The notes under the pieces are model-generated. The model saw nothing but the letters and a program-made list of their open reading frames with translations. It made no database searches and was not told the origin of the DNA. A stretch of 64,000 nucleotides of DNA, taken from the NCBI GenBank assembly GCA_022360445.1, contig JAKSCV010000022.1, forward strand, positions 1,868 through 65,867, read 5' to 3'. Positions 30,305 to 41,715 of the stretch are shown here, one piece after another. How positions within the stretch are numbered: position 1 is the first letter of the stretch; each line of letters opens with the position of its first letter. The translations under genes were made by a program, and so were the position numbers. This DNA is from Gammaproteobacteria bacterium (GTDB lineage Bacteria > Pseudomonadota > Gammaproteobacteria > UBA5861).

Positions 30305-31277
30305 ATGCGTCTGTTTCAGCCGCTTGAGAACGACTTTTTTGCTCTCTGCGCGCGATATAAAGCGTACTGCCTATAATGATCGCAGCACCGAGTAATCCCA
30401 TAATATCGGGATACTCATGGAAAAACAGGGCGCCAATGATGCCTGCAAAAAGTAAACGTGAATAATCAAAGGGGGCGATTGCGGAGGCAACCCCTACCCG
30501 ATAACCAAGCACGAAGCTCAATTGTCCTAACGACCCAAGCAAGCCACCAATAATCATTAATGTGGATTCCCATAAAGTGGGTGTTTTCCACACCGAGAGG
30601 GTGAAGGGCAATAGAATCAGTGTGGCGATCAGACCAAAATAGAAGAGCATGACATAAGGGCTCTCATTCAATGGCAGTTTTTTAATCAAGATCAATGTGC
30701 TGGCGGCGAGAAATGCGCCGAGTAAAGCAACCAGGGCGACATCACTCAGGCCACTTTCACCTGGCCGCATGACGATAATGACACCGACGAACCCAACACC
30801 CGTGGCCACCCAACGCCACATTTGAACGCTTTCGGACAGAAAAAAAATGGCGAGTACCGTCACAAAAAGAGGGCTTGTAAAGGCAATCGTGGTGGCTTCA
30901 GCCAAGGGCATATGTGTGGCGGCGTAAAAGCCGCAAAACATGGCACTCAGGCCGCTAATACTGCGAAGACCATGCATTTTCAATTGCCGTGTTCTAACAG
31001 CACGAAAACCCTGACGGCTGCAGGTGAAGATGATCAAAACACATAAAAAACCGACAACACTGCGATAAAACGTGATCTGCAGGGTGTCGAACTTACCTTC
31101 AAATGATTTGGCCACCGCGTACATTGAAGTCACACCCAATGCCCCGAGTAGGACCCAAAGTGCCCCGCGAATATTGGGTGGAATATTCAACCAGGCGTGC
31201 TGTAGTGATTGGAGGCGGTATAAAAAATTTTGTTCGGCTGCTGGGCTTTGTTCTACGGGATTCGATGGATTTTTCAC
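30303..31277 (-). CDS. DMT/EamA family transporter
   Basis: About 10 TM segments, FTSPLFVTVLAIFFLSE, IAPFDYSRLLFA. Confidence 0.9.
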   Translation of the reverse strand: MKNPSNPVEQSPAAEQNFLYRLQSLQHAWLNIPPNIRGALWVLLGALGVTSMYAVAKSFEGKFDTLQITFYRSVVGFLCVLIIFTCSRQGFRAVRTRQLKMHGLRSISGLSAMFCGFYAATHMPLAEATTIAFTSPLFVTVLAIFFLSESVQMWRWVATGVGFVGVIIVMRPGESGLSDVALVALLGAFLAASTLILIKKLPLNESPYVMLFYFGLIATLILLPFTLSVWKTPTLWESTLMIIGGLLGSLGQLSFVLGYRVGVASAIAPFDYSRLLFAGIIGALFFHEYPDIMGLLGAAIIIGSTLYIARREQKSRSQAAETDA

Positions 31278-31439
31278 GTTTATTTCGATATTTCGAAGGA
31301 GAAATACTTAATGGTAGAATTTTTAACGTTAACAATACAAGATCTTTTTGCATTGCTTGCGGTGCGCATGTAACTATTGTCAGTTTTTTATGCAAAACGC
31401 AGGTTTGCAGTCAATTATTGAGACTCTATGGGAGAGAAA

Positions 31440-32312
31440 ATGTCATACAAATCAATCTATAACCGAGACCTTTTTAGAAATAAGGTGATCATTGTGACAG
31501 GTGGAGGCAGTGGAATAGGGCGCTGCACGGCGCATGAACTGGGTGCGCTTGGGGCTCACGTTTTATTAGTCGGCCGGACTCAGTCTAAATTGGATACCGT
31601 CAAGCAAGAGATTGAGACGGAAGGAGGAAAAGCTGAAACCTACGCATTTGATATTCGTGACGAAGCCGCTGTTCAAAGCCAGATCTCAGCCATGCTCGAA
31701 GCCAATTCGCGCATTCATGGACTTGTAAATAATGCCGGGGGGCAATTTCCAGCACCAGCCGAAAAAATCAGTGCAAACGGGTTTGAAGCCGTGGTTCGCA
31801 GCAATCTGCTCGGTGGTTTTTTGATGGCACGAGAATTATTCACACAGCACATGGAAGCCCATGGAGGCGCTATCGTGAATATTACTGCTGACATGTGGAA
31901 AGGAATGCCCAATATGATCCACTCGGGTGCAGCACGGGCCGGTATGGATAATGTCACCAAAACACTGGCCGTTGAATGGGGCAGAGCGGGTGTACGCGTC
32001 AATTCGATCGCACCTGGCTATATTGCATCCAATGGGCTCGATACGTATACCGATCCGGCATTTAAGGCACTGATTCCCCGTTTGAAAGATGCTGTTCCAC
32101 TGAAACGAATGGGTACAGAGTCGGAGTGCAGCGCGGCGATTTGTTATCTGCTCTCGGATGCGGCAGCTTATGTCACCGGTGAAGTGGTTCGCGTCGACGG
32201 AGGTTGTTCGCTCACGAGCCCGATCTATGCCATGCAACCGGCTAAGAATAATGAGGCTTTCGACGGCTTCCATTTGGCAGTGGAGCCAGCGGCATTAAAC
32301 AGGAAAGATTAA
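31440..32312 (+). CDS. SDR oxidoreductase (trans-2-enoyl-CoA/dienoyl-CoA reductase-like)
   Basis: TGGGSGIG, NNAGGQF, HSGAARAG, VNSIAPG. Confidence 0.88.
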   Translation: MSYKSIYNRDLFRNKVIIVTGGGSGIGRCTAHELGALGAHVLLVGRTQSKLDTVKQEIETEGGKAETYAFDIRDEAAVQSQISAMLEANSRIHGLVNNAGGQFPAPAEKISANGFEAVVRSNLLGGFLMARELFTQHMEAHGGAIVNITADMWKGMPNMIHSGAARAGMDNVTKTLAVEWGRAGVRVNSIAPGYIASNGLDTYTDPAFKALIPRLKDAVPLKRMGTESECSAAICYLLSDAAAYVTGEVVRVDGGCSLTSPIYAMQPAKNNEAFDGFHLAVEPAALNRKD

Positions 32313-32333
32313 AAGCCGCTCGCGGGGCCTTAG

Positions 32334-32363
32334 CCCACAGATTTAGTCAGTTGATTCTGTGGG
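32334..32363. terminator. Stem-loop after the SDR gene
   Basis: CCCACAGA ... TCTGTGGG followed by a T-rich stretch. Confidence 0.5.
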
Positions 32364-32509
32364 TAATTTTCTTGCTTTATCAAACTGTCATTATTAATTA
32401 ATTGATTGTTAAGAAAAATATTTTAGATTAAAGTAATTCCACGCTTATGCCTAAGCGCAAACCAGCTAAATCAGTAATTAACCTAGCGGAGAATGCAAGG
32501 AGTTGTTTT

Positions 32510-32959
32510 ATGAAAAAGCCAGTTTGGATTTTGAGCACATTGCTTGTTTTAATGCCTGCCTTATCAAATGCTTCTGATAGTATGGCTGACAAAGCCGTCG
32601 ATTACCGACAAGGCGTTTTTAGTATTTTGGGCTGGAATATTGGCCCGATGGTTCAGATGATGAAAAAGGAAAAGCCTTACGACAAAGATATTTTTGCGCG
32701 TAATGCTCAGAGAATGGCAGCCGTTGCACCGATGGCTTTGGAGGGTTTTATCCCTGACTCGGCTACCAAAGACAGCGATGCAAAGCCGAAAATCTGGTCC
32801 AATATGGATGACTTTAAAAGCAAGATGAAGGACTTGGAAACAGCCTCCGCAGAGCTGGCTGCTGTTGCTAAAACGGGTGATATGGCCCAAATTGGTCCGA
32901 AGTTTCAAAACTTGGGCCAAGCGTGTAAAGCTTGCCACGATGAGTACCGTGAAGAGTAA
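32510..32959 (+). CDS. Cytochrome c' (class II c-type cytochrome)
   Basis: Signal peptide, AKPKIW, C-terminal CKACH heme motif; AGGAG ribosome-binding site. Confidence 0.93.
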   Translation: MKKPVWILSTLLVLMPALSNASDSMADKAVDYRQGVFSILGWNIGPMVQMMKKEKPYDKDIFARNAQRMAAVAPMALEGFIPDSATKDSDAKPKIWSNMDDFKSKMKDLETASAELAAVAKTGDMAQIGPKFQNLGQACKACHDEYREE

Positions 32960-32974
32960 ATTTCTCCGAGTCTT

Positions 32975-33667
32975 TTAATAAATTTCCACAATATAAAATA
33001 CAATCAAGGCGCTGATCGTAAAGCAAATTAAAGCCAACCAAACCGGTTTATCTTGCGTTTGCGGGACCCAATCTTCAGCGCCTTTTTTCTCCTTCCTGCC
33101 GTGAATCATCGGCGCAATCAAGTTCTCCTTTTTAAAAAGCCAGTAAGCCAGATTGGCGCATATATGCATAATGATGGCAATAATCAGCAAAATAATATTG
33201 GTGTGGTGGATACCCGTAAAAAAGTCAGAGAGGTCGCTAGAGACTTTTCGTACCAAAGGCCCGTCGGTGAAGATGTCATCGCTGCTGAATAAGCCACTTA
33301 TGGCCTGTATGACAAGCAAGAGCAACATCAAAAAAACCATTAGGGCACCCATGGGATTATGTCCGAGGTAGTGCCGGTCTTTGTGCTTTAAAAAAAGTGA
33401 TTGAGCATACTTTAATACTGTTTTGGGTGAATAGATAAAGTTCTGGAAACGTGCGTAATACGGTCCAATGATCCCCCAAAGCACTCTAAAGATAAGTAAT
33501 GTCAAAATGGCGTAGCCAATTCGCATATGCCATTCCATGTAAGCAATGGGCAAATTCGCGGTGACCACAGCACCAATAACCAGGGAAACCAGCGCCCAGT
33601 GAAACAGACGCACAGGAAGGTCCCATACTTTCAGAGTGTCAGCTTGATTCGTCGTGTTCTTTTGCAT
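32975..33667 (-). CDS. Cytochrome b/b6-domain membrane protein (Ni-hydrogenase b-type family)
   Basis: VWDLPVRLFHW, WHMRIGY, GHNPMGA, ENLIAPMIHGRK. Confidence 0.9.
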   Translation of the reverse strand: MQKNTTNQADTLKVWDLPVRLFHWALVSLVIGAVVTANLPIAYMEWHMRIGYAILTLLIFRVLWGIIGPYYARFQNFIYSPKTVLKYAQSLFLKHKDRHYLGHNPMGALMVFLMLLLLVIQAISGLFSSDDIFTDGPLVRKVSSDLSDFFTGIHHTNIILLIIAIIMHICANLAYWLFKKENLIAPMIHGRKEKKGAEDWVPQTQDKPVWLALICFTISALIVFYIVEIY

Positions 33668-33701
33668 AGGTGACTCCCCACTCGTCATCAATCATTTTCT
33701 A

Positions 33702-34979
33702 TTAAAAGATTTGATCAAGTGCTTGATCGACATCGGCGATAATATCGTCGATATGTTCAATACCGACAGAGATTCTAACCAGATCTTCTGAAACACCCGC
33801 ACTTGCCAGTTCATCCGGGTTAAGTTGGCGGTGAGTTGTTGTTGCTGGGTGGCAAGCCAGGGATTTGGCATCGCCAATATTCACTAAACGCAGGATCATT
33901 TGCAAAGCGTTAATAAATGCTGCGCCAGCTTGTCGGCCGCCTTGTATGCCAAAGCTGAGTATGCCGGAGGCTTTTCCCTGGGTGACTTTCAAGCAGGCAG
34001 GGTGTAGTGGGCTTTCAGGCAATCCCGCGTATTTAACCCAACTGACTTTAGGGTGTGGCTTCAAGTGCTTAGCCAAAGCCAGAGCATTGTCGCAGTGCCT
34101 TTCCATCCGCAAGCCCAGGGTTTCAAGCCCTTGTAAAATCAAAAAAGCACTGTGTGGTGATAGTGCCGCGCCGGTATTGCGCAGAGGCACCACACGACAC
34201 CGGCCGATAAAAGCAGCTTCGCCCAATGCTTCTGTATAAACGACACCGTGATAGGAGGGATCCGGCTCGTTCAAAATGGGGAAACGTTCTTTGTGCTTGG
34301 CCCAGTCGAACTTCCCTGAGTCAATAATGACGCCACCGATTGTTGTCCCGTGCCCGCCAATATATTTTGTCAGTGAGTGGATAACGATATCAGCGCCGAG
34401 CTTGAAAGGCTGGCAAAGATAGGGTGTGGCAACAGTATTATCAACAATGAGTGGCACACCATGTTTATGTGCAATCATGGCCATTTTTTCGAGATCAACA
34501 ACATTGCCGGCGGGGTTGCCGATAGACTCACAAAAAAGTGCCCGTGTTTTACCATCAATGTACTTTTCAATGGCGTCGTAGTCATCGTAGGACGCCATTC
34601 GCACGTCGACACCTTGGCGAGGAAAGGTATGCGCAAACAGATTATAAGTGCCGCCATATAACTGGCTGGTGCTGACAATATTGTCACCGGCTGAGGTAAT
34701 GCACTCGATGGCGTATGTAATAGCCGCCATTCCAGAGGCAACAGCCAACGCACCAATACCGCCTTCCATGGCTGCTAACCGTTGCTCTAAAACCGCTGTG
34801 GTAGGGTTCATGATGCGGGTGTAGATATTCCCCTCAACTTTTAAATCGAAAAGGTCTGCACCGTGCTGTGTGTTATCAAATGTATAGGAAGTGGTTTGGT
34901 AAATAGGGACCGCGGCTGCTTTGGTTGTGCTTTCCGCTTGATAGCCGTGATGCAAAGCCAATGTTTCCAGATTCATCAT
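33702..34979 (-). CDS. metY: O-acetylhomoserine sulfhydrylase (PLP-dependent)
   Basis: VPIYQTTSY, IYTRIMNPT, HSLTKYIGGHG (PLP lysine), NIGDAKSLACHPATTTH. Confidence 0.92.
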   Translation of the reverse strand: MMNLETLALHHGYQAESTTKAAAVPIYQTTSYTFDNTQHGADLFDLKVEGNIYTRIMNPTTAVLEQRLAAMEGGIGALAVASGMAAITYAIECITSAGDNIVSTSQLYGGTYNLFAHTFPRQGVDVRMASYDDYDAIEKYIDGKTRALFCESIGNPAGNVVDLEKMAMIAHKHGVPLIVDNTVATPYLCQPFKLGADIVIHSLTKYIGGHGTTIGGVIIDSGKFDWAKHKERFPILNEPDPSYHGVVYTEALGEAAFIGRCRVVPLRNTGAALSPHSAFLILQGLETLGLRMERHCDNALALAKHLKPHPKVSWVKYAGLPESPLHPACLKVTQGKASGILSFGIQGGRQAGAAFINALQMILRLVNIGDAKSLACHPATTTHRQLNPDELASAGVSEDLVRISVGIEHIDDIIADVDQALDQIF

Positions 34980-35065
34980 TTCCTCCCGTTATGATTAATG
35001 GATAATCTGTACAGATGAAGTCTTGCAGATTGTACATAGCCTGATTGACAGCCGTTTTTTATAGA

Positions 35066-35259
35066 TTATTCGGACTGTAATCAGTTGAAAATAGGCCTCC
35101 ACTGGGTGTGATCTGTTGTAACACGGCTGGCGGCAAATCAAAAATACTAATACCATTTTCCAGTACGTTATTGTAATGCTTACTCTCTCTCAGGCTGGCC
35201 TACACTGGCATGTTGGCGTGCGTTAAGAACGCCGTAAGCGTTTTGTAATAGTTGGAGCA
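35066..35259 (-). pseudogene. Decayed C-terminal fragment of a ParA/MinD-family ATPase (tentative)
   Basis: The minus strand reads YYKTLTAFLTHANMPV*ASLRESKHYNNVLENGISIFDLP, then after a frameshift ASRVTTDHTQWRPIFN*LQSE*. This resembles the C-terminus of short ParA-family proteins (recognised from memory). Confidence 0.5.
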
Positions 35260-35314
35260 TGCTTTTAGATAAAGTTCAAGCAAGCCCGTAGCCTTGTCAG
35301 GTGCCCCGTTACTT

Positions 35315-35857
35315 TTAATTTTTAGACAGTTTGGCGCGGACAATAGGCTCCAGCCGCGTCATCCCCCAGCGCTTGCCGGTGATGATAGCCTGCTCAAGGG
35401 ACTGGTCCTTGTTAATGGCCTCATCCATTGCAATCAGAGCGCCCAAGCGATTGCTGCTGGCGCAATGGATCAAGACCGGCTCGTCACCCATCTTAGCTAA
35501 TAAGTCGGCCAATGCTGTGGCGTTTGCTGCCGTGATGCTATCAACACCTGCAATCGGGAGTGTGTGATACTGCATACCCAGTGATTGAACCCATTGACGC
35601 TCATTCCATTTTAGTTCTTCCGGCATCCGCAAATTGACAATATGTTTAACTCCGGCCTCAGATAAAGTTTTGAGCTGTGCCTGGCTGGGCTGCCCACCCG
35701 AAAAGTGTGTGGCACTTTGTTGGCGAAGGTTAAAAATTTGGGAGGCTATGACGGTATGCGTATCAAATGCGGGTTTATCTTCTGCGATGCCATGGCTCGT
35801 AAAAGACAGTATCAACAATGTGAACAGGGTGATTGGTAAGCGTTGTCGAGTTATCAT
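35315..35857 (-). CDS. Exported PTP-fold protein (DUF442 / beta-lactamase hydrolase-like)
   Basis: Signal peptide, SGGQPS, IVNLRMPEE, and CX5R loop VLIHCASSNR. Confidence 0.82.
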   Translation of the reverse strand: MITRQRLPITLFTLLILSFTSHGIAEDKPAFDTHTVIASQIFNLRQQSATHFSGGQPSQAQLKTLSEAGVKHIVNLRMPEELKWNERQWVQSLGMQYHTLPIAGVDSITAANATALADLLAKMGDEPVLIHCASSNRLGALIAMDEAINKDQSLEQAIITGKRWGMTRLEPIVRAKLSKN

Positions 35858-36002
35858 GAGTAAAGTCCTCGAAATCAATCGGACAAGCCTTTAGGCAACT
35901 GAACCAGAACGGCGTGATGTTATGCGCGCCCACACAGGTTAGAACGAACAGACCTGTATTTGATCCATCATTTTCGCAGCGAGCCATATCGTGAATCAAG
36001 GG

Positions 36003-36935
36003 ATGAAAATCCAGTGGTACCCGGGCCACATGTTCAAAGCCGGAAAAGAAATTAAAAACATCATGTCCAACGTGGATATGGTGATAGAAATTGTCGACGC
36101 GCGGATTCCTTACAGCAGCCAGAACCCGCTATTAAAACAGCTGCGGGCTGAGAAACCTGGTATAACGGTGTTGAACAAAAGTGATCTCGCAGACCCAGAA
36201 ATCACTGCCCTATGGCAACACGACCTGGAAAGCGAGCACGCGGTAAACACACTGGCCATCAGCTGCCTGAACCCTGACGAAGTTAAGCAAATCCCGGCAC
36301 TTTGTCTCGAAGTGGCTCCGCGAAAATCCACTCACCTTAGGCCGATTCATGCGCTGATCATGGGCATTCCCAACGTAGGGAAGTCGACCATCATCAACAT
36401 TCTGGCGGGGAAAACGATTGCAAAAACCGGTAATGAACCGGCGGTTACCCGGCAGCAACAAGTGATTAAAATCAACTCCTTGTTCACATTGCTGGATACG
36501 CCGGGCATGCTGTGGCCCAATATCGAAAACAGAAACAGTGGCTACCGGCTGGCCTGCACCGGTGCCGTAAAAGAAACTGCAATGGAATCAACCGACGTTG
36601 CCTTGTACGCCATCGATTACATGCTAAAGCACTATCCTGATCATTTACGTACACGTTACCTGCTGGAACATTTACCGGACGAAGCTGTGACCTGTCTTGA
36701 GGCGATTGGCACCCAACGCGGCTGCTTGCGCAAGGGTGGACATGTTGATCGGGATAAAGCTGCTCGACTTTTTCTGACAGAGCTGCGTGCGGGCACTTTA
36801 GGTCCAATCACGTTTGAAAAGCCCGATATGATCGCAGCTGAAGAGCAGGAGGTGGAAAACCAGCGTGCACTGAAAACGGCCAGAAAAGCGGAACGAAAAA
36901 AAGCGGTCCGTGCGCGGCGTAGAAAAAATAAATAA
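36003..36935 (+). CDS. ylqF: Ribosome biogenesis GTPase RbgA/YlqF
   Basis: IQWYPGHM, DARIPYSS, NKSDL, GIPNVGKST, DTPG (circularly permuted GTPase). Confidence 0.95.
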   Translation: MKIQWYPGHMFKAGKEIKNIMSNVDMVIEIVDARIPYSSQNPLLKQLRAEKPGITVLNKSDLADPEITALWQHDLESEHAVNTLAISCLNPDEVKQIPALCLEVAPRKSTHLRPIHALIMGIPNVGKSTIINILAGKTIAKTGNEPAVTRQQQVIKINSLFTLLDTPGMLWPNIENRNSGYRLACTGAVKETAMESTDVALYAIDYMLKHYPDHLRTRYLLEHLPDEAVTCLEAIGTQRGCLRKGGHVDRDKAARLFLTELRAGTLGPITFEKPDMIAAEEQEVENQRALKTARKAERKKAVRARRRKNK

Positions 36936-36955
36936 CTCACGAAGGAGGAAGGAAT

Positions 36956-37951
36956 ATGGAAAAAAGACAGATTGGCGGTCTTTCTGTCTCGGCGATTGGC
37001 TTGGGCTGCATGAGTATGTCCCAAGCGTATGGTAAGCCAGATCGCTCCGAGTCTGAGCGCGTTTTGAATCGTGCGCTTGATTGTGGCTACACATTTTTGG
37101 ATACCGCCAGTGTCTATGGCCAGGGCCACAACGAAACCTTAATTGGTGAAGTGCTCAAAGACCGACGCAATGAGTTTGTTCTTGCCAGTAAATGCGGTCT
37201 AAGCGCAAAGCCAGACGGTGGTCGTGCAGTTGACGGTCGGCCAGAGACCATCAAATCGGTGTGTGAACAGAGCTTGAAACGCCTACAAACCGATGTGATT
37301 GACTTGTATTACCTGCACCGAAAAGATCCCGATGTGCCTATTGAAGATAGCATGGGTGCCTTGGCTGACCTCGTTGCCCAAGGGAAAATACGCCATATAG
37401 GTTTGTCTGAAATTTCTGCCACGACATTGGAAAAAGCCCACCGTGTTCATCCTGTGGCGGCAGTTCAGTCCGAGTATTCTTTGTGGACACGAGATCCGGA
37501 GCATAACGGTGTATTGAAAGCTTGCCGCGAATTGCAGGTGGGATTTGTGCCCTTCAGTCCACTGGGACGTGCGTTTCTCTGTGGAACAATTCAGGACATG
37601 GCACAGCTGGAAGGCGACGACATGCGACAGGGCATGCCCCGTTTTCAAGGTGAGCATTTCAATGCTAATTTGAAGTTGATCGAGCCTTTCAAACAGATTG
37701 CGAAAGAGCAGGGGTGCTCGATGGCGCAATTGGCATTAGCCTGGGTTTTGGCGCAGGAGGATGGTACCTTGGTGCCCATCCCTGGCACCAAACATGTGAA
37801 ATACCTTGAGGAAAATGCCGCAGCGGCAGAGGTCGTTTTGCCACCCGATGTGATCGAAGCCTGTAATGAGCTGATCAATGAGAAGACGGTATCAGGCCAT
37901 CGCTATAACGACAAGCAGATGGCTTCGATTGATACGGAACCTGACAATTAA
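36956..37951 (+). CDS. Aldo/keto reductase
   Basis: [39 protein letters not shown]. Confidence 0.95.
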   Translation: MEKRQIGGLSVSAIGLGCMSMSQAYGKPDRSESERVLNRALDCGYTFLDTASVYGQGHNETLIGEVLKDRRNEFVLASKCGLSAKPDGGRAVDGRPETIKSVCEQSLKRLQTDVIDLYYLHRKDPDVPIEDSMGALADLVAQGKIRHIGLSEISATTLEKAHRVHPVAAVQSEYSLWTRDPEHNGVLKACRELQVGFVPFSPLGRAFLCGTIQDMAQLEGDDMRQGMPRFQGEHFNANLKLIEPFKQIAKEQGCSMAQLALAWVLAQEDGTLVPIPGTKHVKYLEENAAAAEVVLPPDVIEACNELINEKTVSGHRYNDKQMASIDTEPDN

Positions 37952-40900
37952 AGCAGGTTAGGCGCTAACCAGGTGCGAGCTTTCTCTAAACTGAGATTTC
38001 GGCGCTGTGCATAGTCTTCGAGCTGGTCTTCCCCGATAGTGCCCACGGCGAAGTAACGCGAGTCAGGGTGAGAAAAATACCACCCACTGACGGAGGATGC
38101 CGGCCACATGGCTAGGCTTTCAGTCAGCTGAATGCCGGTGTTTTTCTCCACATCGAGTAATTCCCAAATGATAGGTTTTTGCGTGTGGTCTGGGTTTGCC
38201 GGGTACCCAGGGGCTGGTCGAATGCCCTGATACTTTTCCCGGATGAGCGCATTGTTATCTAACTGCTCATCAGTGGCGTAGGCCCACAGTTGCGTTCGGA
38301 CGCGCTGGTGCAAATATTCAGCAAATGCCTCGGCCAGCCTATCTGCAATGGCCTTGGCCATTATGCTGTTGTAATCATCGTGATTTTTCTCATACGTGTC
38401 GACAAGTGTATCCAGGCCCCTACCGGCGGTGACTGCAAAAGCGCCGATAAAGTCGGTCTTTTGGCTTTCTTTGGGGGCGATAAAGTCAGCCAGACAGAGT
38501 CTGGGTTTTCCCTCTTGCCCAGCCGATTGCTGACGCAGGTTGATAAGGGTGGCTTTGATGTCAGATTGATCTTCGCAGTCGTAGATTTCAATGTCGTCAT
38601 CGTTGACGGTGTTGGCAGGAAAAATACCAACCACACCTTTAAGTTTAACGTGGCCTGTTTTGATGAAGGTATCAATCATGGCATTGGCATCTGCGAACAA
38701 GCGCTGAGCTTCTACACCGTATTTTTCGTGCTCAAGCACCTGCGGATAGCGCCCACTGATTTGCCAAGTGTGGAAAAAGGGCGTCCAGTCGATATAGTCA
38801 CGCAGTTCTGCGATAGACACGTTATCAATTAACTGCACGCCCAATTGTGAAGGGGCGGGCGGGGTGTAATCACGCCAGTTGATCGCAAGTTTACGTGCTC
38901 GGGCGGCTTCGAGTGTTAATTGCGGTTTGGCTTTGTTCCGGCTTTCGAACTGTACCCGCAGCTTTTCAAAGTCACTCTCGTGGCGCTTGAGAAAATCAGC
39001 TTGTAATGTCGTACTCAGCAGTTGATTGGCGACCCCCACTGCGCGGGAGGCATCAACGACGTAAACCACCGGGTGCTGGTAGTGTGGGTCAATTTTGACG
39101 GCTGTATGGATTTTTGATGTCGTGGCCCCCCCAATCATAAGCGGGATGGTAAAGCCTTGACGTTCCAGTTCTTTGGAAACATGCACCATTTCTTCCAGCG
39201 AGGGTGTAATGAGCCCAGAAAGCCCAATGATATCGACATTTTCTGTACGTGCAGTTTCAAGAATTTTCTCTGTCGGCACCATGACGCCTAGGTCAATGAC
39301 TTCATAGCCATTACATTGAAGTACAACCCCGACGATATTTTTGCCAATGTCATGCACGTCTCCTTTCACCGTTGCCATGAGTATTTTGCCGTTGGAACGG
39401 TTTCCGGTATCCGTTTTTTCTGCTTCAATAAAGGGTGTCAGCCAACTCACAGCTTTTTTCATGACGCGGGCAGACTTAACCACCTGGGGGAGAAACATCT
39501 TGCCACTGCCGAAGAGGTCGCCAACAATGTTCATGCCATTCATCAACGGGCCTTCAATGACATCCAATGGCCGTTCGACGTTCAGCCGGGCTTCTTCGGT
39601 ATCGGCTTCAATAAATTCGGTAATGCCTTTTACCAATGCGTGTTCCAGCCGCTTTTCAACCGGCCAGGCACGCCATTCCTGATTGTCTGTTTTTTCAACG
39701 GCCCCTGTTTCCCGATAGTCGTCTGCAATCTCCAGCAGTCGCTCTGTTGCATCGTCCCGGCGATTTAAAATCACATCTTCGGTTCGTTCACGTAAGATTT
39801 TCGGCACTTCATCGTAAACAGCCAGCTGACCGGCATTGACGATTCCCATGTCCAGCCCCGCCTGGATGGCGTGGTATAAGAAGACGGCATGAATCGCTTC
39901 GCGTACCGTGTTGTTTCCGCGAAACGAAAAGCTGACATTGGAAACACCACCGGATGTCAAGGCATACGGCAAGTGGGCTTTAATGTGTTTGATGCCTTCG
40001 ATGAAGTCCAGGCCGTAGCGATTATGTTCTTCGATGCCGGTTGCAACGGCAAAAATGTTGGGGTCAAAAATAATGTCTTCTGGCGGAAATTGGACGTCAT
40101 TGACCAGGAGATGATAAGCCTCTGTACAAATGTCAATCCTGCGCTGTAGATTGTCGGCCTGGCCCGCTTCATCAAAGGCCATGACGACCACAGCGGCACC
40201 GTACCGTTTGCATAATGTGGCTTGTTGCAGAAAAGACTCTCGTCCCTCTTTAAGGGAAATGGAGTTGACAATCGGCTTGCCCTGAACGCATTTCAAACCC
40301 GCTTCGATGATGCTCCACTTTGAGGAGTCGATCATGAACGGGACTTTGCTGATATCCGGTTCGGAAGAACAGAGGTGAATGAATTTCACCATGGCCGCTT
40401 CGCCATCAAGCATGGCCTCGTCCATGTTGATGTCAACAATCAGGGCACCTTCCTCGACCTGAGCGCGACAGACTTCAAGTGCTTCTTCGAATTCTTCATT
40501 GAGGATTAAACGCTTGAATTTTGCAGAGCCGGTGACATTGGCGCGTTCTCCGACATTGATGAACAGTGAGTCGGATCCGATATTGAGCGGTTCCAGTCCT
40601 GAAAGGTGGCAGGCTTTTTCGATATCAGGTAACGTTCTGGGGAGTTTATCGACCACGACCTGTACCATGGCTTCGATATGAGTGGGTGTGGTACCGCAGC
40701 AACCGCCCACAATGTTCAGCAAACCGCTTTGTGCCCATTCGGCGATGTGATCTGCCATATCGGCTGGGCTTAAATCATATTCGCCGAGTTCGTTAGGCAG
40801 ACCAGCATTGGGATGTGCGGATATGGCAACGTCTGAAATGCGAGATAATTCTGCGATGTACTGCCGCAGCATGTCGGGCCCCAGTGCACAGTTGAGGCCA

Positions 40901-41628
40901 AATGAAATGGGTTTAGCGTGTCTGAGTGAATTGTAGAAAGCTTCTGTCGTTTGCCCAGTCAGTGTGCGGCCTGAGGCGTCAGTGATCGTACCCGAAATCA
41001 TCACGGGTAAACGGATCTGTTGATCTTCGAAGTATTTATCGACGGCAAAAACAGCCGCTTTGGCATTGAGTGTGTCAAAAATGGTTTCGATCAGGAGAAT
41101 GTCACTCCCCCCCTGTACGAGCCCGTGTGTTGCTTCGTAGTACGCTTCCACCAGTTCGTCAAACCCGATATTGCGAAAGCCCGGGTCGTTCACATCGGGT
41201 GAAATGGAAGCCGTCCGGTTAGTCGGGCCCAGTACACCGGCCACAAAACGCAGGTGATCTGTTGTGCTGTATTTATCAGCTGCCTGGCGAGCAAGGCGGG
41301 CTGAGGCTTCGTTCAGCTCGTAGGATAATTCTTCCATTTTGTAGTCGGCCATGGCAACACGTGTGCTGTTGAACGTGTTGGTTTCGATGATGTCCGCGCC
41401 AGCTTCTAAATATTGTTCGTGTATATTCTGAATGATGGCTGGTTGAGTGATCGAAAGTAAATCGTTGTTTCCTTTAAGATCGGAAGGCCATTCTTTGAAG
41501 CGTTCACCCCGAAAGTCAGATTCTCCCAAAGCGTGTTTTTGAATCATTGTTCCCATGGCACCATCGAGAATAAGAATACGGTTTTTTAGTGCTTGACTAA
41601 GCAGTTGCTCGGTATTTTTTCGGGTCAC
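37948..41628 (-). CDS. metH: Cobalamin-dependent methionine synthase
   Basis: [19 protein letters not shown]12-binding GDVHDIGKN, reactivation domain GIRPAPGYP. Confidence 0.98.
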   Translation of the reverse strand: MTRKNTEQLLSQALKNRILILDGAMGTMIQKHALGESDFRGERFKEWPSDLKGNNDLLSITQPAIIQNIHEQYLEAGADIIETNTFNSTRVAMADYKMEELSYELNEASARLARQAADKYSTTDHLRFVAGVLGPTNRTASISPDVNDPGFRNIGFDELVEAYYEATHGLVQGGSDILLIETIFDTLNAKAAVFAVDKYFEDQQIRLPVMISGTITDASGRTLTGQTTEAFYNSLRHAKPISFGLNCALGPDMLRQYIAELSRISDVAISAHPNAGLPNELGEYDLSPADMADHIAEWAQSGLLNIVGGCCGTTPTHIEAMVQVVVDKLPRTLPDIEKACHLSGLEPLNIGSDSLFINVGERANVTGSAKFKRLILNEEFEEALEVCRAQVEEGALIVDINMDEAMLDGEAAMVKFIHLCSSEPDISKVPFMIDSSKWSIIEAGLKCVQGKPIVNSISLKEGRESFLQQATLCKRYGAAVVVMAFDEAGQADNLQRRIDICTEAYHLLVNDVQFPPEDIIFDPNIFAVATGIEEHNRYGLDFIEGIKHIKAHLPYALTSGGVSNVSFSFRGNNTVREAIHAVFLYHAIQAGLDMGIVNAGQLAVYDEVPKILRERTEDVILNRRDDATERLLEIADDYRETGAVEKTDNQEWRAWPVEKRLEHALVKGITEFIEADTEEARLNVERPLDVIEGPLMNGMNIVGDLFGSGKMFLPQVVKSARVMKKAVSWLTPFIEAEKTDTGNRSNGKILMATVKGDVHDIGKNIVGVVLQCNGYEVIDLGVMVPTEKILETARTENVDIIGLSGLITPSLEEMVHVSKELERQGFTIPLMIGGATTSKIHTAVKIDPHYQHPVVYVVDASRAVGVANQLLSTTLQADFLKRHESDFEKLRVQFESRNKAKPQLTLEAARARKLAINWRDYTPPAPSQLGVQLIDNVSIAELRDYIDWTPFFHTWQISGRYPQVLEHEKYGVEAQRLFADANAMIDTFIKTGHVKLKGVVGIFPANTVNDDDIEIYDCEDQSDIKATLINLRQQSAGQEGKPRLCLADFIAPKESQKTDFIGAFAVTAGRGLDTLVDTYEKNHDDYNSIMAKAIADRLAEAFAEYLHQRVRTQLWAYATDEQLDNNALIREKYQGIRPAPGYPANPDHTQKPIIWELLDVEKNTGIQLTESLAMWPASSVSGWYFSHPDSRYFAVGTIGEDQLEDYAQRRNLSLEKARTWLAPNLL

Positions 41629-41679
41629 TCGTTATCCTTGCTTCAAAATTAGGTTGACTCAAATATACAATACATGTAC

Positions 41680-41699
41680 ATATAAATATATGTTTATAT
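41680..41699. promoter_or_regulatory. Palindromic operator, probable SahR site
   Basis: ATATAAATATATGTTTATAT, a 20-bp near-perfect palindrome in the 87-bp gap between divergent metH and sahR-metF. Confidence 0.65.
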
Positions 41700-41715
41700 C
41701 TATGGTTGTTTACTT

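Noticed and set aside
2034-32363. CCACAG...CTGTGG hairpins at 2034 and 32334 as a repeat family
   Set aside because: Only a 6-bp stem is shared and the loops differ; both sit just after stop codons like ordinary terminators.
32370-32415. FNR/NnrR box upstream of cytochrome c'
   Set aside because: Only half-matches to TTGAT-N4-ATCAA in an AT-rich region; not supportable.
34980-35314. SAM/SAH riboswitch upstream of metY
   Set aside because: No recognisable aptamer; most of the gap is better explained as a decayed coding fragment. An Rfam scan would settle it.
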